Assembly (NCBI GenBank): GCA_052145875.1
Contig: JBKQNQ010000145.1
Span: forward strand, 1,925-65,924
DNA from: Thiobacillaceae bacterium
GTDB lineage: Bacteria > Pseudomonadota > Gammaproteobacteria > Burkholderiales > Thiobacillaceae
DNA length: 64,000 nucleotides
Direction: 5' to 3'
Positions 59,010 to 64,000 of the stretch are shown here, piece by piece. Positions within the stretch are counted from its first letter, which is position 1. Every line of letters starts with the position of its first letter. The position numbers were made by a program, and so were the translations under genes. The notes under the pieces were generated by a model that saw only the letters and a program-made list of their open reading frames with translations, searched no databases and was not told where the DNA came from.

Positions 59010-60197
59010 ATGCGCTATCAGGTCAAGGCGATTGATCGTCAGCAATGCGTCGTGTCACTGACGCTGGAGGCGCTCGATGAGGAAGATGCCCGCAATCAAG
59101 TGACGTCTCAGGGTGCGACGCTTCTCAGCGTGCGACCCCAAGGATTTAGTCTCGCGGGCCTTACGTCGGGCACCCGGTTTTCACTTACGCTATTTTCGCA
59201 GGAGTTGATGGCGCTGCTGGACGCCGGACTGAGCTTGGTCGAGTCGATCGAAACCCTGGCGGACAAGGCAGAACGCAGCGATGCGCGTAGCCTGCTTGAA
59301 CAAATCACCCATCATCTTTACGAAGGCAAGACGTTCTCGCAGGCGCTGCAACCGTTCCCCAGCCTGTTTCCACCCTTATATATCGCAACCATCCGGGCGG
59401 CCGAACGAACGGGCGCGTTATCGCCAGCGCTTAAGCGTTTCCTTGATTATCGGGAACAAATGGACGTGGTTCGGCGCAAGATCGTCAGTGCGTCGATCTA
59501 TCCACTGCTGCTCTTGGCCGCTGGCGGACTCGTTACCGCCTTCCTGCTTGGTTTTGTGGTTCCCCGCTTTGCTCAGGTGTACGAAGACACCGGACGGCAG
59601 ATGCCGTGGCTTTCCCAGCTACTGCTGAGTTGGGGCCGGTTAATTGCGGAACATGGGCTTTGGATACTGGCCATAATCGGCCTCTTGGTCGCGGCGACCG
59701 TTTACCTCTACCGGTTGCCGGCGTTCAGCCGCCGCCGCTCGGAACTCCTGTGGCGTTTTCCCGTGGTGGGCGAGCGCTTCAAGTTGTACCAACTCGCACG
59801 GTTTTATCGGACTACGGGGATGTTGCTGTCAGGCGGGATGCCGATCATGACCAGCCTGAACATGGCTAAGGACTTGTTGCCGGGGGCGCTTGCGCTGCAG
59901 CTTGAGCAGGCATCTGAAGACGTTCGTACCGGCAAGCCAATTTCCTGGGCCATGGATAAACGTGGTTTGACCACTCCAGTCGCGTTGCGAATGTTGCGGG
60001 TGGGGGAGAAAACGGGACACATGGACCAGATGATGGAACGCATTGCGGCCTTTTATGACGACGATATGGCGCGTTGGGTCGACTGGTTTACCCGATTGTT
60101 TGAGCCGGTGCTGATGGCCGTCATCGGGCTCGTGATCGGTGGGATTGTGGTACTCATGTATATGCCTGTATTTGATCTGGCCGGGAGTCTGCAGTGA
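59010..60197 (+). CDS. gspF: Type II secretion / type IV pilus platform protein (GspF family)
   Basis: 395 aa with two T2SSF repeats and 3 TM helices. Confidence 0.92.
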   Translation: MRYQVKAIDRQQCVVSLTLEALDEEDARNQVTSQGATLLSVRPQGFSLAGLTSGTRFSLTLFSQELMALLDAGLSLVESIETLADKAERSDARSLLEQITHHLYEGKTFSQALQPFPSLFPPLYIATIRAAERTGALSPALKRFLDYREQMDVVRRKIVSASIYPLLLLAAGGLVTAFLLGFVVPRFAQVYEDTGRQMPWLSQLLLSWGRLIAEHGLWILAIIGLLVAATVYLYRLPAFSRRRSELLWRFPVVGERFKLYQLARFYRTTGMLLSGGMPIMTSLNMAKDLLPGALALQLEQASEDVRTGKPISWAMDKRGLTTPVALRMLRVGEKTGHMDQMMERIAAFYDDDMARWVDWFTRLFEPVLMAVIGLVIGGIVVLMYMPVFDLAGSLQ

Positions 60198-61873
60198 TGG
60201 GAAAGGGCGCCTTGGTCACGTCCGAAGTGTTGCATGCCGCCCAGGCAGAAGCGGCGCGCAGTGGGCGCCCCCTGCCCGAAATTCTCCAAGCGCGCCTCGA
60301 TCTTGACGCTGAGCCGTTCGCCGCCGCTTTGGGCGCCCATACGCATTACCCGGTGTTGAGCATGAGCCAGCTCACCGGCATGACCCCGGCATTCGACCAT
60401 CTCCCTTATGCCGAAGCCGCCCGCCGACTGTGTCTTGAGGTGAAAGATGGGGATGGCCGTTGCTGGGCGGTGCTGGCCAACCCGTATGATCGCGCGCTAC
60501 TGGACTGGCTGGATGACCGATTGCGCCTCCCCCATCAGTTGGCCCTCGCTCACCATGCGGATATCGCCGCGTACTTGGCACGTCAGGAAGAAGGCATGCG
60601 TGCGATGGACAGCCTGGTGTCGGGGGCCGAATCGGGCAACAAATCCACGCATTACAGTGAGCAGATTTCGCTCGCCGCCATTGCGGAGGACTCAAGCCCG
60701 GTGGTGAGGCTGGTGCATTCGACGCTCTACGATGCGCTCAAGAGCCATGCTAGCGACATTCATCTTGAGACCGATCCTCAGGGACTGGTGGTGAAGTACC
60801 GCATCGATGGCGTGGTGGGGGCGGTCGCTCGGGCCAATGGCCAGGAAATGGCCGAGCAGGCCATTTCAAGAATCAAGGTCATGGCAGAACTCGACATTGC
60901 CGAACGGCGCATTCCTCAGGATGGTCGCTTCCGAGTGACCATGGCCGGCCGCGAAGTCGATTTTCGCGTGTCGATTATGCCGAGCGTGCATGGTGAAGAT
61001 GCCGTGCTGCGAATTCTGGACCGGCAGGCGTTGACCCAGCAGATGACCAATCTGAATCTCGAACAGGTGGGGTTCGATCCGCTGACCCTGGCGCGCTTTC
61101 GCAAGCTGTGCCTGGAACCCTACGGGATGGTCCTGGTGACCGGCCCGACCGGTTCGGGCAAGACCACCACCCTGTATGCGGCGCTCTCTGAAATCAACCT
61201 GGGTCGGGACAAGATCATCACCATCGAGGATCCGGTTGAATACCAATTGCCCGGTGTGCTGCAGATCCCAGTCAATGAGAAGAAGGGCCTGACCTTCGCA
61301 CGGGGCCTGCGCTCGATTCTGCGGCACGACCCGGACAAGATCATGGTCGGTGAAATCCGGGACGCGGAGACGGCGCAAATTGCGGTGCAGTCTGCGCTTA
61401 CGGGCCACCTGGTGCTGACCACGGTTCATGCGAACAACGTATTCGACGTCATCGGACGCTTCATGCAGCTGGGCGTTGATGCATACAGCTTTGTGTCCGC
61501 CCTCAACGGCATCCTTGCACAGCGTTTGGTCCGCATTAATTGCACCCACTGTATTGCTGCGGTAAACCCGGATGCACAGCAGGTCGCCGATTCAGGCATC
61601 GCAACCGCTGTCGCGTCGCGCTACAAGTTCATGGCCGGCACCGGATGCGGGCATTGTCGGGGAACCGGATATCGCGGCCGTCGCGCCATTGCTGAAATGC
61701 TCAACCTCAATGACGAGATTCGTGAGCTGATTTCGGCGCGCGCGCCGATTCGCCAGATCAAGCAGGCCGCGCGCGCCAATGGCACCCTGAGCTTACGCGA
61801 GGCGGCACTTTCTCTGGTGGCGGCCGGGGCCACGACCCTGGAGGAGATCAACCGTGTCACGTTTGTGGCCTGA
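60197..61873 (+). CDS. gspE: Type II secretion ATPase (GspE family)
   Basis: Walker A GPTGSGKTTT, Asp and His boxes, and tetracysteine CTHC...CGHC. Start is ATG 60197 (TGATG overlap) or GTG 60194. Confidence 0.94.
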   Translation: MGKGALVTSEVLHAAQAEAARSGRPLPEILQARLDLDAEPFAAALGAHTHYPVLSMSQLTGMTPAFDHLPYAEAARRLCLEVKDGDGRCWAVLANPYDRALLDWLDDRLRLPHQLALAHHADIAAYLARQEEGMRAMDSLVSGAESGNKSTHYSEQISLAAIAEDSSPVVRLVHSTLYDALKSHASDIHLETDPQGLVVKYRIDGVVGAVARANGQEMAEQAISRIKVMAELDIAERRIPQDGRFRVTMAGREVDFRVSIMPSVHGEDAVLRILDRQALTQQMTNLNLEQVGFDPLTLARFRKLCLEPYGMVLVTGPTGSGKTTTLYAALSEINLGRDKIITIEDPVEYQLPGVLQIPVNEKKGLTFARGLRSILRHDPDKIMVGEIRDAETAQIAVQSALTGHLVLTTVHANNVFDVIGRFMQLGVDAYSFVSALNGILAQRLVRINCTHCIAAVNPDAQQVADSGIATAVASRYKFMAGTGCGHCRGTGYRGRRAIAEMLNLNDEIRELISARAPIRQIKQAARANGTLSLREAALSLVAAGATTLEEINRVTFVA

Positions 61874-62639
61874 AGAACTGCGCGGTGTGATGTTGTCCGG
61901 GCAGGTTGCGCTGGTCCGCAAACCTTTGTTGGGCGGTTCACCTAAAAAGGGGGGCGCGCTGGTCTTGCCGGTGGATCCCGAAGATCAGGAACAACTGCTG
62001 CACGCGCTGGACCAGGCATTGCCACGACTGTCCGCAGGCCATTCCCGGCTTGGACTGGTATTGGCGGGTTCGCTCACGCGTTATGCGCTGACGCCTGCAG
62101 TCAGCGCGCTGCTGTCGGTTCAAGAAGAAACTGCATTGGCAAGGCAAGCGTTCATTCAACGATATGGCGATGCGAGCACTGACTGGACGGTACGTCACCA
62201 GGTACAGGGCTTGAATGATCCGTTCATTTGCAGTGCGGTGGAGACGGCTTTCCTGCAGAAGCTTAAAGCCTGTTGCGACCGGTGCAAAATTCAATTAAGC
62301 CAAGTGGAGCCACTGCTGGCGGTCGTATGGCGCAAAGCGCGTCGTCGGATACCGGAGACGGCAAACTGGCTCGCGGTGGCCGAACCCGGCCGCGTGCATC
62401 TGGTGTCTCTGCGCAGGCGCGCGTGGATGAGTCTTGCGAGCGTACGCACCCATGGCGATTTTGAGGATGCACTTGCCACGGTGCTGCAGCGTGAGGCTTC
62501 CGTCTTGGAAGCCGATGCGGACGCAACTGTCTGGGTGATGAGCGCAGCGACAGGCGTGAGCCTACCCACTTCGCGGCCGTGGCGCTGGCTGAACCAGCGG
62601 GACAGCACCACCCCTTGCCTTGATTTTGTATTGGCGTAG
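61854..62639 (+). CDS. Hypothetical cytoplasmic protein, possible PilM / GspL-cytoplasmic-domain analogue
   Basis: 261 aa with a GTG start overlapping the gspE end and no TM segment. The call rests on position only. Confidence 0.5.
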   Translation: MSRLWPEELRGVMLSGQVALVRKPLLGGSPKKGGALVLPVDPEDQEQLLHALDQALPRLSAGHSRLGLVLAGSLTRYALTPAVSALLSVQEETALARQAFIQRYGDASTDWTVRHQVQGLNDPFICSAVETAFLQKLKACCDRCKIQLSQVEPLLAVVWRKARRRIPETANWLAVAEPGRVHLVSLRRRAWMSLASVRTHGDFEDALATVLQREASVLEADADATVWVMSAATGVSLPTSRPWRWLNQRDSTTPCLDFVLA

Positions 62640-62642
62640 CGC

Positions 62643-63143
62643 ATGAACACTTCTGCCCTCGACTTTATCGATGCGCCCGGGAATCGTGCGAGTCGCATTT
62701 GGTTGGTGCTGGGCGGCGCCCTTTTGGCCACCGCCGTGGTTCATTTTCAACGGTTGTCGAATGAATTGAATGACGCCCGGCATGATTGGGACACGCGCAC
62801 CCAGGAAAAGTCCAAGACCGCGAAAGCGCCGGTGCACGCTGAACAAAACCCGACCCTACAGGCTGCGATCAAGGGTCTGAGCCTAAACTGGCAGCCATTG
62901 TTCAACGCGGTCGAAGGAGCGACCAAGCCGAAGGTTGCCCTGCTGACGCTAGAGCCGGATGCGAGCCGCGGATCCGTACGGCTCAACCTGGAAGCCAAGG
63001 ACAAACAGGCCATGATGGAATACCTCGCAGGCATGGCCGCGCAGCCCGGGCTTGCCAACGTGAGTTTGATGAACGAGGCCACACAGCTTGAGAATCCCCA
63101 ACAACCGGTGCGTTTCAGCGTGGGGGCGACATGGCGGCCGTGA
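62643..63143 (+). CDS. Bitopic membrane protein, PilN-like
   Basis: 166 aa with a single TM (IWLVLGGALLATAVV) and a periplasmic domain resembling the PilN/GspL C-terminal region. Confidence 0.5.
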   Translation: MNTSALDFIDAPGNRASRIWLVLGGALLATAVVHFQRLSNELNDARHDWDTRTQEKSKTAKAPVHAEQNPTLQAAIKGLSLNWQPLFNAVEGATKPKVALLTLEPDASRGSVRLNLEAKDKQAMMEYLAGMAAQPGLANVSLMNEATQLENPQQPVRFSVGATWRP

Positions 63144-63652
63144 TTCTTGGACTGCGATGGCACCTGGTGCAGAAGATTCGCCGCTGGGGCTGGAACCGTA
63201 CCTTGGGCTTAGCCCTGGCGGGGGTTGCGGCACTGTTGGGGCTTGCTGGGGAACACTATCGTGCCGTGCCCCTTGCTAAGTTGCGCGATCGATTGGCGGT
63301 GCAGCAGACTCAGACGCGCCCTGTCCCGGAAGAGCCACAAATTGTGGCGCTCAAGGATTTGCCGCCGGCGTCCCGGGTCATCGCCAACTTGACGTCCCTG
63401 CAAGTGTTGGTAAAAAAGCGCGGCTTAACCCAGGAAAGTGGGCAATACAAGTTGGAGCGGGAGGGGGGGCTCATACGTTATCGCCTGAATCTGCCCGTTA
63501 CCGGAAGCTATCCCGAGGTACGGCGGTTTCTCTCGGAGGCGTTGGCGGATTTCCCGAATCTTTCGCTCGATGGTGTGCGGATAAATCGGGAAGAGATCGG
63601 CATGAGCGAAGTCGATGCCGCCTTGCAACTCAGCCTGTATTTCAAGCAGTGA
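63131..63652 (+). CDS. Bitopic membrane protein, PilO / GspM (T2SSM_b)-like
   Basis: 173 aa with a single TM and a C-terminal ...YPEVRRFLSEALADFPNLSLDGVRI...LQLSLYFK pattern typical of PilO/GspM. Confidence 0.5.
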   Translation: MAAVILGLRWHLVQKIRRWGWNRTLGLALAGVAALLGLAGEHYRAVPLAKLRDRLAVQQTQTRPVPEEPQIVALKDLPPASRVIANLTSLQVLVKKRGLTQESGQYKLEREGGLIRYRLNLPVTGSYPEVRRFLSEALADFPNLSLDGVRINREEIGMSEVDAALQLSLYFKQ

Positions 63653-64000
63653 GGGCGACGCTGAGAAAGTTTCTCTTGTATGGCGCGCTGGCAGCGACGC
63701 TCGTCGCGGTATGGTGGTCCTCAAATCTCCCCCAAAAGGATACTGAAGTCACCGCACCGCCTCCTGCGGTGGCTGCCAAATCGCCGAAGTCAACCGTACG
63801 GCCGGAGCCAAGCGAGCCGCAGACGCGCCCGACTGAACGCATGTCCGTCGCCACGCTTGACGCGTTTGCCACCAGGAATTGGACACCCCCTGCGCCCCCC
63901 CCTTCCCGGTTGAAATTTATCCCCCCGCCGCCACCGCCGGTTCCGGTGGCACCCCCGTTACCGTATCGTTACCTGGGAAAACTGCAGGAATCCGGCCACT
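63649..64000 (+). CDS. Pro-rich membrane-anchored protein, partial (runs off the window); possible PilP/GspC-like component
   Basis: Not in the ORF track because no stop lies in the window. GTG 63649 overlaps the upstream stop (GTGA). My translation is VRATLRKFLLYGALAATLVAVWW...PPPPPPVPVAPPLPYRYLGKL. Confidence 0.4.
   Translation, partial: MRATLRKFLLYGALAATLVAVWWSSNLPQKDTEVTAPPPAVAAKSPKSTVRPEPSEPQTRPTERMSVATLDAFATRNWTPPAPPPSRLKFIPPPPPPVPVAPPLPYRYLGKLQESGH

Noticed and set aside
63463-63902. Homopolymer tracts (G7 at 63463-63469 and C8 at 63895-63902) as possible phase-variation switches in the secretion-like operon.
   Set aside because: They encode Gly-Gly and Pro-Pro-Pro in Pro/Gly-rich proteins of a GC-rich genome. 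They are at the short end for slipped-strand switching, and there is no population data to support it.

Overview
This 64-kb window looks like origin-proximal chromosome from a moderately GC-rich Betaproteobacterium; both the taxon and the GC level are judged by eye, nothing was computed. Most of it is core housekeeping. It opens with the end of mnmG, then rsmG, parA, parB and a complete F1Fo ATP synthase operon (atpIBEFHAGDC). After that come yggX and a Tat-exported HiPIP, then phoU, a MutT/ThiE-like Nudix gene, argJ, and an addB-mnmC-addA block preceded by fdxA. The next stretch holds an AmmeMemoRadiSam trio, trxA-rho-rpmE, a GT39/83-like membrane glycosyltransferase, mobA and mltB. Further on are glcDEF with a tartronate-semialdehyde-reductase-like gene, an AI-2E transporter, an FKBP lipoprotein, an AEC transporter and pbpG. 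The window ends with a histidine kinase plus REC-PAS-GGDEF-EAL pair and a compact gspG-gspF-gspE operon with PilM/N/O-like genes that runs off the edge. I found no rRNA, tRNA, CRISPR array, transposase or integrase. Five things seem most worth a second look. (1) An accessory module at about 13.7-19.4 kb holds a secreted DUF302 protein with two tandem-repeat arrays and a Met-rich segment, a Crp/Fnr regulator, and a histidine kinase with a sigma-54 activator. It carries two perfect FNR boxes, a near-consensus sigma-54 promoter, and an ORF-free leader or sRNA-like region with terminator and antiterminator potential. (2) Two large ORF-free, hairpin-rich intervals (about 0.4 kb and 1.1 kb) flank a lone methyltransferase between rpmE and the glycosyltransferase. 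(3) mnmC is translationally coupled between addB and addA. (4) The AmmeMemoRadiSam operon is preceded by a host-attachment-family gene. (5) The hybrid T2SS/T4P-like operon sits next to c-di-GMP signalling genes. I saw no clear case of a new multi-gene protein system, and all functional readings of the non-coding regions are hypotheses.
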